From contig NW_003314293.1 in the NCBI RefSeq assembly GCF_000143415.4, positions 372,001 to 436,000 on the forward strand: a stretch of 64,000 nucleotides of DNA, read 5' to 3'. Positions 10,967 to 21,460 of this stretch are shown piece after piece; the first letter of the stretch is position 1; each line of letters starts with the position of its first letter. The notes beneath the pieces are model-generated. The model did not search any database, was not told where the DNA came from, and worked only from the letters and a program-made list of their open reading frames with translations. A program made the translations under genes and the position numbers. The DNA comes from Selaginella moellendorffii. Taxonomy: Eukaryota; Plantae; Lycopodiophyta.

Positions 10967-13900
10967 CTACTATTTTATAAAGAGTTTTTTTAAAAATTAT
11001 TCCAATCACTTTTTAGTTTGGTTAAACAAAAGTGGGTAGTAGTGGATATATCTAAATTATGCTTGGATATTCTAAGATATTTCACCATTTAACAGTTGTT
11101 ATTCATTTAGATTAATCTTGTATTTATGATTTATAAACATATCTTAGTTTATAAACTTTCCTAAACACTTTCTATAATTAATTTTCTGTTTATAAATTAT
11201 AAACATATTTATAATATAAACTTTTTGAGTGCATGGAATATGGAAAGGGAATACAGAAATGTGCATATCAATTAGCTCAAAAACCCTAGCTTATATACAG
11301 GAGCGAGTGGTCTGGATTGAAACCAATCCGACGGCTACCAAAATCCCACTACACTAATATTAGTATACGGCATCGTAGCTGTACACTTGGCCCTCACATC
11401 ATCCCCACCTCTCGAAATAATGGAAGACTATCAGGGTTCTCTTGTAGACGGGCTGGGATCTAAAGGAACATTAGGAGGAGGCATTGGCGGATCTGTAGAT
11501 AGTATTAACCGCTCTTGATCCCTTTGTATGAAGTGTTTCAACCACTGCACATGCACAATCTTTGGAGGATCGGCCTACTGGACATCATGCTGAACCTTAT
11601 AAACTTGTGGTCCAACTTGCCACAACACTCGATACGGTCCTTTCCACTGTGCAAGGAGCCCCTTAGATAAACCACATACTGTAAGATGGGGAAAACGGAC
11701 TAACACCAAATCATCCACTTTGTACTCCGCAGGTGGACGATGATGGGAGTTGTAGCGCCGTTGCTGTCCCCGTTGTAGGAGTTGTTTTCGTTATAGGAGT
11801 TGTAGTGCTGCCGTTGTTGCCTAAATGTTCAATAGACTCCGCTCGGACAAGTGGAAGAATGTTTGTCAAATATTAATCCCATGACCTAGCATCCGCAGCT
11901 CGTGGCAATCGCGAAGGTAAACCCAGCTCCGTTGGTAATATTGGATCATGACCATATAGGAGTTTATATGGTGAAGCACCAACAGAACTCTGCACCCCAG
12001 TGACATATGCATACCGAAGAGACGGCAAATAACCATCCCAATCCGAATGCTGAAAGTTTACATACTTTGCAATCATCCCCTTGAACGTCCGAATGAGCTG
12101 TTCCACCAGACCGTCTGATTGTGGATGATAAGCACTCGTGAAAGTGTGGCGAATCCCCAACTGAGACGTCAAAACATGAAATGCCTCAGCCATAAATGTG
12201 GGACCATTATTTGAAAGAATCCGCTCTGGACAAGAATGCTGGAACACCACTCGATTGAGGAGGAAGTATCCAACAACAGTTGTAGAGGTGCTAGCAAGAA
12301 CACCAACTTCCACCTAACGAGTCAAATAGTCAGAAGCAATAATAACATACTCATTCCCAGCAGTCGACCGTGGAAAAGGTCCCATAAGATCAAACACCAC
12401 CAACTCAAATGGACGGGAAACTGCAATTGACTCCAACCGTCCTTTCGCAGCCCGAGGGGGAGTATTACGAGCTTGGCACCAAACGCAACTACGCACATAC
12501 CGGATAATATCACGTCGCCTCTCTGGCCAATAGAAAGACTTGCATAGCTTCTCAATTACATGACGATGTCCCATATGCCCACCTAGAACAGGAGAATCAT
12601 GGTAGGCATGGAGAAACCATGGACTAAAGATAGAAGGCACCACCAGCCGTAAATGATCATTAGGATTTGTCCCCACAAAATAAAGAAGGCCATCTTCAAG
12701 ACGATATTGAGAATGTAAATGCTGGAAAGGCAAGTCATCAGCAAGAAATGCAGGATTCTCAAACCTATCTTGAAGCCTTTGAATCCATGGCTCAATCTTT
12801 TGAGCCTCATGAACCTCATCAAGCAAAGTTAGATCTTGCTCTGCACCTTGTGGACACTGAACATGAAGTATAGCAACCGCCGAGGGCACAAAATCCTCGT
12901 CTAGAAAATCCACAAATACTGAAACAATAGGCTCATCAGAAACATGAGAAGAGAGTGAAGAGGGAAGAGGAGCTCGAGAAAGGGCATCAGCATCAGCCAT
13001 AGAACTCCCTAGGCGGTGAACAACATCAAAATTATATATCTAAAGCTTCAAAGCCCACCAAGCAGTACGACCAACAGGTTCTTCCACTTCAATAACGAAG
13101 TAACAGCAGCATGGTCACCTTCAAGTAACGTCCGAGAACCATGTAGATATGCATGAAGTTTCTCAAAACCCCAGACTGCTGCTAAACACTCCTTCTCTAT
13201 CGTGGAGTAGTTCATCTCCACTGGTTGTAATGTACGGTTTATATATGCAATGGGATGGCGCTGACCAGGCACACTCGAGCTCTCTTGCATTAACACACCT
13301 CCAAAACCAATGTCAGAAGCATCCACGCGCAAAATAAAAGGTCAAGTGTAGTTAGGATATGCCAAAACCGAAGGAGTTGTCAATAACTCTTTGAGATCCC
13401 CAAACACCCACTCACAATCCGGAGACCAAATGAAAAACGACGTTGATGACTTCAGCAACGCTCGCAATAGTGTAGTGTGATTAGAAAGATGATCCACAAA
13501 ACGCCCGAAATACTGCGCCTTGCCCAAGAAGCACTGCACGTCATTCACACACTTCGGAGTAGGGAACTTTAGAACAGCCACAAGTTTGTCAGGATCAACT
13601 TGCAAACCCTCACGAAAAATACGGTACCCAAGATAAGTTGTCCTTGGATCCAAACACGCACTTCGACCGCTTCAGCTTTAAACCAACGTCGCATAGTCGA
13701 TCCAACACTTTACAAACATCACGAACGTGCTCCTCCCACATCCCCTCCGAGTGGATCAAGACATCATCAATGAAGTCAGCAGTCACCTCCGGCATATCGC
13801 AAAGAACCTCATCCATCATCCGTTGAAAAGTTGCTGGAGCATTGTTCAAACCAAATGGCATCACCAAGAACTCATACAAACTAAATGGTGTACGAAAAGC

Positions 13901-14871
13901 AGTCTTAGGAATATCTTCTTCGGCCATCGGTACTTGCCAGTACCCAGAAGCAAGATCGAGCTTGGTGAACCAACGACTTTGCCCCAGACGATCTAAGAGA
14001 TCAGCAGTGTGAGGAAGAGGGTACACATTTGGGATTGTTACGTCGTTTAACGGATGATAGTCGATGCAGAAACGAATACTCCCATCAGGCTTCGTCACAA
14101 GATGAGGTTCACATGCCCAAGGACTCCGTGACTTTCGAATAACACCCTTCTCCAATATCTCCTTGACATTTGCACGTAAAATCTTGATCTCCTTTGGTGA
14201 CCGATGACGAATAGGAACCTTGATTGGATGAGCATCCCCAGTAGAAATCGGATGACGCGTGGCAATCTTGGCTCTAGACGATAGGTCAAAGTCAAAGAGA
14301 TCAGAATACTCCTTCATGAGCTGGTCAACTGCTACAACATAAATATTGTCAGAGAAATTGGAAAAGGGAAGAGCAGAACAAGATGGAAACACAAGAGGAA
14401 ATAGTGGGGAAACAAAAGTAATGGAAGCAGAGGTAGAAGTAAAGGGACGAAAAAATGAGAGGAAGGGATGAAATATAAGGAAGTATGAGATAAGGGGGAG
14501 AAGCCTTAAAGTCACACTTGGCATGATTGCGCTGCAACCAATCTATACCAAAAATGAGGTCAAAAGTTTAACTCGGCACCACCCGCAACGACTGCAACTC
14601 AAGCTTGAGATCGCCCACACACACAACCAAGTCTGCCTCATCCCGTGCACATGCATGTGTACGGCAGTTGCCATAAAGGGTTCCGCTGCACGATGCAAGT
14701 GTAGACGACAACGTGTTGCAACAGGTCGAGCAATAGAAGATAAACTCGAACCTGTATCAACCAACACGGAGAGAATAATAGGAGACCTCTTGTTATAAAG
14801 ACGAGCTTGGAAAATAAACATTGGATGAACTAGTGCCGAGTGAACCCCTTGATGATACTCCCAAAAGAAAA

Positions 14872-16030
14872 TGTAAGCTCCTGAATTTGGACTTCCCGAG
14901 AGGTCACCCAACCCAGTACTATTCAAACCCAAGGACACTTAACCCTAAGTATCCCAAGACCATTAACCAATTGGAAAAAGGGGTGCACTTCTATTCATGG
15001 GCCCTTTCCCTCTATATTTGAACCCCATGGATTGTCTCTCAAGTTGTTCCCTTTGGTTGCTTACAATCCACCATGCTTCCCTGCAAGTTCATGCCCTCAT
15101 GAACGGAAGCTGAGAGCCGCAGCTCTCCCTTTGGTTGCTTACAATCCACCATGCTTCCCTACAAGTTCATGCCCTCGTGAATGAAAGCTGAGAGCCGCAG
15201 CTCTCCCGAGAGCCTTGCTCTCTTGACACCCTACCCCTCAGGTTGAGCCCAGCAGGAGCAAACTGGACCAGCCAGATGTCAATCAACATGTGGTGCAATT
15301 CCCCTAGCCAACCAATAGAGTCGGACCCGAGACCCCTCTGATACCAAATGTAAGCTCCTGAGTTTGGACTTCCCGGAAGGTCACCCAACCCAATACTATT
15401 CAAACCCAAGGACACTTAACCCTAAGTATCCCAAGACCCTTAACCAATTGGAAAAGAGGGTGCACTTTTATTCATGGGCCCTTTCCCTCTATATTTGAAC
15501 CCCATAGATCATCTCTCAAGTTGTTCCCTTTGGTTGCTTACAATCCACCATGCTTCCCTGCAAGTTCATGCCCTCATGAATGAAAGCTGAGAGCCGCAGC
15601 TCTCTCGAGAGCCTTGCTCTCTTGACACCCTACCCCTCAGGTCGAGCCCAGCAGGAGCAAGGGCATGAACGAAAGCTGAGAGCCGCAGCTCTCTCGAGAG
15701 CCTTGCTCTCTTGACACCCTACCCCTCAGGTCGAGCCCAACAGGAGCAAATTGGACCAGCCAGATGTCAATCAACATGTGGTGCAATTCCTCTAGCCAAC
15801 CAACAGAGTCGGACCCGAGACCCCTCTGATACCAAATGTAAGTTCCTGAGTTTGGACTTCCCGGAAGGTCACCCAACCCAGTACTATTCTAACCCAAGGA
15901 CGCTTAACCCCAAATATCATAAGACCCTTAACCAATTGGAAAAGGGGGTGCACTTTTATTCATGGGCCCTTTCCCTCTATATTTGAACCCCATGGATCGT
16001 CTCTCAAGTCGTTCCCTTTGGTTGCTTACA
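14872..16030 (-). mobile_element. Tandem Cassandra-type TRIM (3 LTRs, 2 internal domains) with 5S rRNA-derived segment in each LTR
   Basis: 194-bp TGTAAG...CTTACA LTRs at 14872-15065, 15349-15542 and 15837-16030. tRNA-iMet PBS TGGTATCAGAG at 15336-15346 and 15824-15834 (minus strand). Short noncoding internal region and a 5-bp TSD GAAAA/GAAAG. Confidence 0.92.
14889..14944 (-). ncRNA. 5S rRNA-like internal control region (A-box/IE/C-box) inside Cassandra LTR; also at 15366-15421 and 15854-15909
   Basis: The minus strand reads GGTTAAGTGTCCTTGGGTTTGAATAGTACTGGGTTGGGTGACCTCTCGGGAAGTCC. Plant 5S reads GTTAAGCGTGCTTGGGCGAGAGTAGTACTAGGATGGGTGACCTCCTGGGAAGTCC. Confidence 0.88.
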
Positions 16031-17718
16031 GAAAGATGGAGGGGTCACTGACTTATTCGTGCAAGGTCCCTCCGTTACTAGTGCAACTCTTCATTTCCCG
16101 GATGCATCTCGGTGTCCAAACCTTCCATTGCAGCAGCACCAACAGGACGTTGCTGACGCCAAGGTCTCCACCTAGGAAATAGAGGTCGCCAATCCGGAAA
16201 ACCCTGACAATGCTGATAAGTATGACCAACTTCATCACATGCCCAACAGCGAACATCACGGCCACGACCACATCCTCACCCTTGACCTTGGACTTGAGCA
16301 GCAGTAGCATCAACCTCCATTGGAATAGGACCATCGCCCACAGGAAGTGGAGCTGAAGGATGTGCAGCGAGAAGTGGAAGAAGCAACGTCTCATAACATT
16401 GTGCCAAGCGAAGAGCATCGTCAAGGGTGGCAGGAGCAAGTGCATGCACAAGTCCAACAAGATCTTGACGAAGTGCTGGCCACAACATTCCTAGCTTGAT
16501 CCGCTCCGACATATTTGACTTCGCACGAAGCAAAAGACTTCGGAAACGAACACCAAATTGCATCACCGACTCAGATGGCCCTTGGCAAAGACGATGCAAT
16601 TGTTGGAAAGCATCATCACAGTCATTAGCATGTTCGAAGGCACATTTGAAAACATCTGGAAGAACACTCTAATCCTCGCGAGTGGTTGCTCCCAAACCGT
16701 TGTACCACTGCAACGCTGTCCCTTGGAGACACGTGGGAAACTCACACAAACGTCGAGCATCATCCCAAGAATAATATGTGGCAATCACCGTAAAGTGATC
16801 GAACTAATGGTACACATCATCCCCAGGATTCCTACGAAAGAACTCTGGCCGAACGCGAGGATTGGTACCAAGAGCAGGAAGAGTTGTACCATGTGCCATG
16901 AACGCCGCCATCAATTGAGTTTGGTTGTTCAATTGCAAGTGCATAGCATCAAGCAATTGTACCAATTGCTGCTCCAGAATCAAAGGAGGAGATTACTGAT
17001 TTGCTATGGAGACGAATGAAAAAGAAAGAGCAAAAGAAGAGAAACGACAAAAAGCTAGAAGGAAATAGTAGATCGAGACAATGCAAAAAACTAGATCTAA
17101 ACCAAAATCTTGAAAGGAAAGAACAAAAGAAAGGAAATGGAAAATGGAAAAAGCTAGATCTAGACAATGCAAAAGCTAGATCTAAACTGAAATCCCAAAT
17201 CCAAACACTCCCAAGGGACAATCAAAGGTGCTCCTCATCTCCACCAATGTGAGTGCATGGAATATAGAAAGGGAATACAGAAATGTGCATATCAATTAAC
17301 CCAAAAACCCTAGTTTAGAGCGAGTGGTCTGGAATGAAACCAATCTGACGGCTACCAAAATTCCATTACGCTAATATTAATATATAGCATCGTAACCGTA
17401 CACTTGGCCCTCACAACTTCTATTTAATCTAGTGAATTAATAAGTAAGAATAATACTACTATCAAGCAAACTAACCGTTGTTGCTAATGGATCCTGAGCA
17501 CTTAGAGATAGGTTTTTGTTGCCTAATTCACATTTAGTAAATCTGAAGCTTGCAGATTTCAGCTGCAAAGGATGCTCGGGATCTGCTCCAAGAGGAGAGG
17601 ATGGTACGTGAATTCGACGAGCTAACTTTCACTATCTCTTTCTCTATCACTCCACCAAAAGAAAATGGAGCAGCTTATGGCTTCAAACTAGTGGCTAGTT
17701 GAGAACAAAGGTTACAGT

Positions 17719-18570
17719 TCACTTGGAAGAAAGAAGTCGACACAGTCTCCTGGAAGGATACCATCCTGGAGCACAGTTTGCAGCGGTACATTGTAGTGGC
17801 AGGCTCAACAGGTTGTTTTGGTTTCACCACAGTCCGCTGCTTGATCTTTTTCCCGCACTTGATAGCCTCTTTCCGGCCAGTTTCCGTTTGACCAGTGGTG
17901 GAGAGTTGAAAAGCCTGTAGCTGCGAGGTGGCTGGGGGTTAGGACCCTTGATGTTGGAAAGGAAAATTACCTGGCGCATGAATCCATCATTTGGGCTGGC
18001 TGTCTCGCTAGCTTGTTTCAAGGTCCCCAATGCATCTGCATCAAAGAAAGAATAACTCAAGCTTAAACTTTGGAGCACGCAAGGATACGTACCCTCAACT
18101 GACAGCTTCTCCTTCCACATAAGGTATGCGGTGACCACAGCCGCACTGCACATTTAACAAACATTTGAATGAAGATTAGACTCTGTTACGTACCTGCGAG
18201 AGAAGCCACCAATGCAATGGACCAGCACTATACCCTTCTGCACGCCCTCTTCGATGAAAGTTATGCAGTCCTCCAAATAATCCAGCAAGTTCTGATCCCT
18301 GCTGTCCTCCAAGGGAATGATCTTCTGGATTGGCTTCAAATCTGGGTCAGCGCATGGACACTTGGCAGACAGCTCGCATGCAACTCGCCCCAGCGCCTGC
18401 TTCTGTTGAGCCGAAAGTGCTGAGCTGCAAAATTGAGACACATACATGCCGTCGGCGAAGCAGAGCGGGGCCACGGACAAGATATGGGTAACTCCCCATT
18501 TCGCACCAGACAAGAAAGCGAGGGCGTCTTGGAGGGTGCCAATGTAGAGATCCGGACGCACCTTCTTCAT
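17719..18570 (-). CDS. Dual-specificity phosphatase, DUSP12/YVH1-like (multi-exon)
   Basis: LYIG, VLVHCIGGFSR|SAAVVTAYLM (HCxxGxSR) split by a 48-nt intron at 18146-18193, SPNDGFMRQ, and YRCKLC at the start of the zinc-binding domain. The 3' end is uncertain. Confidence 0.85.
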
Positions 18571-19253
18571 TCCCCCAACCGCAGCGATCAAGCGCAAACC
18601 CTAAACTCTGCCGTCGGTGGTCATGGATCTTAGCCGTCCACGTCTACCTATCTGTGACTAACCGGCAATTTCAATTTGTTTTTCTCGAAGTAGAATCGGA
18701 ACAAAAGCTTGTTTGTGATACCAACGATTCCAGCATACAGTCACGGTGGCCCGTATTTCATCCAACATTATCAAATCATCGCGAGATTGGATACGGAAGA
18801 CCTTAGAAAATGCCGCTGTCGTTACGAACTTCATCGGTGAGACACGGGAGGGATCCGTGAAATCGCACTGATGGAGGTTACGTCCACGGCCTAGAAGAAT
18901 CCCCGTATGATGCAGCAATTGAGATAGAATAGTACCTTCGATCTTAGCGAGAAAACAACTCAGACTCCGCGTCAGCTTTAGAAAAACAGGACGACTTATC
19001 GACGAGAAAAACATATAAAGCATTGCACGAGACAAACCTGTGATGCTTCTTCGTGGAAGCATAAGAAAAGTGTCGAGAACATTCACCTGGAAAAACAAGA
19101 GAAACTGTGACATAAAAAATTACCTGGAGATGATTAGCCACTGTACCGGTTTGAAAGTTATTGAAACCTGAAAGTTATGAGATCAGAAAAAGCTCGATAC
19201 GTCACGTAAAGTGTAGAGAACATATGCCTGAAAGATTTTACCTGCAGGTGGAA

Positions 19254-21161
19254 CTACGATTCATCAGCCAGCCAGTCATCGGATGACGAGGTAGGAGTGG
19301 ACGACCAGAGGCGACAGGCGGCCAAGTTGCAAGGATCCAAACGAAGAATCAGTCGAGCGACTCTTCCTCCTCGTCCTACGTCTCCATGAATCTTACACGA
19401 CCCCAGTAATGCCATCCAGGCAGCAGCATCCGGCTCAAACGGCATATAGCTCAGCACTTCCTCTGAGTCCTCGAGCTGCCCGAGCCGTCCCAGAAGATCT
19501 ACGATACATCTGTAATGCTCCAAGCCGGGACGCAGTCCATAATCGTCCTGAAGCGAGTGGAAAAACTCCAAGGCATCGGTCACCAATCCCGCGTGACTAC
19601 TCGCGAACAAAACGCTCAGAAACGTAACTTGGTCGGATAGAACACCCGCCTGTTCCATCTCCCTGTAAACTCCGCAAGCTCTCATCCCGTGACCGTTCTC
19701 GGCAAAGCTTCCCATCATGGCGTTCCAGGTGATGAAGTTTCTCTTCTTCATCCCCTGGAAAAACTCGAGAGCCGAGTCCAAGCTTCCGCATTTCCCATAC
19801 ATGTTGACGAGCGCCGTCCCCACGACGAGGTCCGACTCGTAGCCGTGCTCGAGAATGCCCGAGTGAAGAAGCTTGCCTTGTTTCAATGCTAGCGAGTTTG
19901 AGCACGCGTCCAGAGCTGCAACGAACGAGGCCTTGTCGGGCTTCATGCCACTGTGACTTAACTTCCAAAAAAGCTCCAGTGCCTCGGTGTTGAATCCATT
20001 GAGAGCGTAGGCCGAGATCATGGCGTTCCAGAGGATCACGTCCCCTTCTTCGTCTTCCCGCGACAGCTTCTCAAAAACTTGACTTGCCTCGTCCCAGCAA
20101 CCAAAAGTTCCATAGAGCTTGACGAGAGCTGTTCCCATGATGATATCCACCGGAAGTTTGGAGTTGATAACTTCTGCGTGGATGATCCGGCCAGTTGCAA
20201 GCTCCTCGAGCTCCGCGCACGAATCCAAGACGGTGACAAAGGTGACGCGATTCGGCTCCACTCCTTCCACTCCCATTATTCGAAAAAGCTCGATCGCCCT
20301 CTTGGCCTCGCCGTTCTGAGAGTAGACTGTGATGACCGCCGTCCACGAGACAACGTCGTGCTCGAGAAGGGGGATCCCCTCGAAAACTCTCCGCGCGTCC
20401 TCGACTCGTCCACACTTTCCATACATGTTGACGATCGATGTGAAAGCCATGGAGTCGAGCCTGGAGCTTAGAGCTGAATCCTCGATGGAAGAGTGAATCC
20501 CCTTGGCCAGATGGAACTCTCCAAGGTTTGTGCAAGCGTCAATGACAGTGAGAAACGAGATCTCGTCAATCTCGACTCCCTCGAGATCCATGATAGTGAA
20601 GAGATGAACAGCGTCTTTGCAATGCCCGTTCTGGGCATATGCCGCCATGAGAGAATTCCAGGAGACCACATCCCTCTCGAGCGTGTCATCGAACATCCTC
20701 TTGGCCTCCTGGACGAATCCATTCTGCCCGTAGGCATTGATCATCACATTGCAAGGGATGGCGCTGAGCTCCGGGATGGAATCGAAGAGCATCTTTGCCT
20801 GGCGCATAAACCCTAGCTGGGCAAATCCCCCGACTACCGCCGTCCACGCCACCGCGTTGTGGCACGGCATCCTGGCCAGCAAATCCCTCGCCTCCGCGAA
20901 CAATCCATTCCTGTTGTGCGCCACCAGCAGCGCCGTCCAGGAGAAGACGTTCTTGCGGAAGATCCGGTGGAATGCCCGCTGTGCATCGCCCAGGCAGCCG
21001 CATTTGCCGTAGAGCTGCACGAGGAGATTGCCCGGGAACGTCTCCCCGTCCGATCCCGCCGCCCTGAGATGATCGTGGATCCTCCTGCCGTCGGCGATGG
21101 CGCCGGCTTTGATCTTCTGCCTGAGAAGCGCGCAGTAGGCCGCGGAATCCGGATGCCTCAT
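19254..21161 (-). CDS. PLS-class pentatricopeptide repeat protein with E domain (organellar RNA-editing factor type)
   Basis: Intronless 635-aa ORF with repeated ALVNMYGKCG / DVVSWNxxxxAYAQNG motifs and an E domain (HYRCIVDLLGRLG...MPFEPDAAAWMALLGSCKIH). No DYW domain. Confidence 0.95.
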   Translation of the reverse strand: MRHPDSAAYCALLRQKIKAGAIADGRRIHDHLRAAGSDGETFPGNLLVQLYGKCGCLGDAQRAFHRIFRKNVFSWTALLVAHNRNGLFAEARDLLARMPCHNAVAWTAVVGGFAQLGFMRQAKMLFDSIPELSAIPCNVMINAYGQNGFVQEAKRMFDDTLERDVVSWNSLMAAYAQNGHCKDAVHLFTIMDLEGVEIDEISFLTVIDACTNLGEFHLAKGIHSSIEDSALSSRLDSMAFTSIVNMYGKCGRVEDARRVFEGIPLLEHDVVSWTAVITVYSQNGEAKRAIELFRIMGVEGVEPNRVTFVTVLDSCAELEELATGRIIHAEVINSKLPVDIIMGTALVKLYGTFGCWDEASQVFEKLSREDEEGDVILWNAMISAYALNGFNTEALELFWKLSHSGMKPDKASFVAALDACSNSLALKQGKLLHSGILEHGYESDLVVGTALVNMYGKCGSLDSALEFFQGMKKRNFITWNAMMGSFAENGHGMRACGVYREMEQAGVLSDQVTFLSVLFASSHAGLVTDALEFFHSLQDDYGLRPGLEHYRCIVDLLGRLGQLEDSEEVLSYMPFEPDAAAWMALLGSCKIHGDVGRGGRVARLILRLDPCNLAACRLWSSTPTSSSDDWLADES

Positions 21162-21460
21162 TCATCATCGCGATCCCGCCAAGACCATATGCCCAAGAAC
21201 CCTAAAATTTGCCCAGCAGTCCTAATTTCTCGTGACAACCGCCAAAATTATTTGGGCGGCGCTGGATGTTTGCTTCCTACATTTAGGAATAAAACCAAAG
21301 GGTACGGCTTTCCCTCTTATTTACCAGCGATCGTGGCCGTCGATGCGGTGGTAGATGGTAAATTCTCCATCTCTCGACCACGTGGAGCACACAAGCCGTG
21401 GCAAATTGACTCTAGGGTTTATAGATCGACCGCTCGGATCGTTCTAGGGCCGCGCATTCT

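Larger units (their letters stand above)
11224..17415 (-). mobile_element. Ty3/Gypsy LTR retrotransposon, copy 2 of the same family (more degenerate, interrupted by Cassandra)
   Basis: LTRs at 11224-11398 and 17248-17415, 4-bp TSD ACTT (11220-11223 and 17416-17419), PBS at ~17236-17246. The gag and pol fragments are homologous to copy 1 but have many stops and frameshifts. Confidence 0.95.

Noticed and set aside
14889-15909. 5S rRNA gene array
   Set aside because: Only the internal ~56 nt of 5S is present, and it sits within TG...CA LTRs with a PBS and TSD. This is Cassandra, not rDNA.
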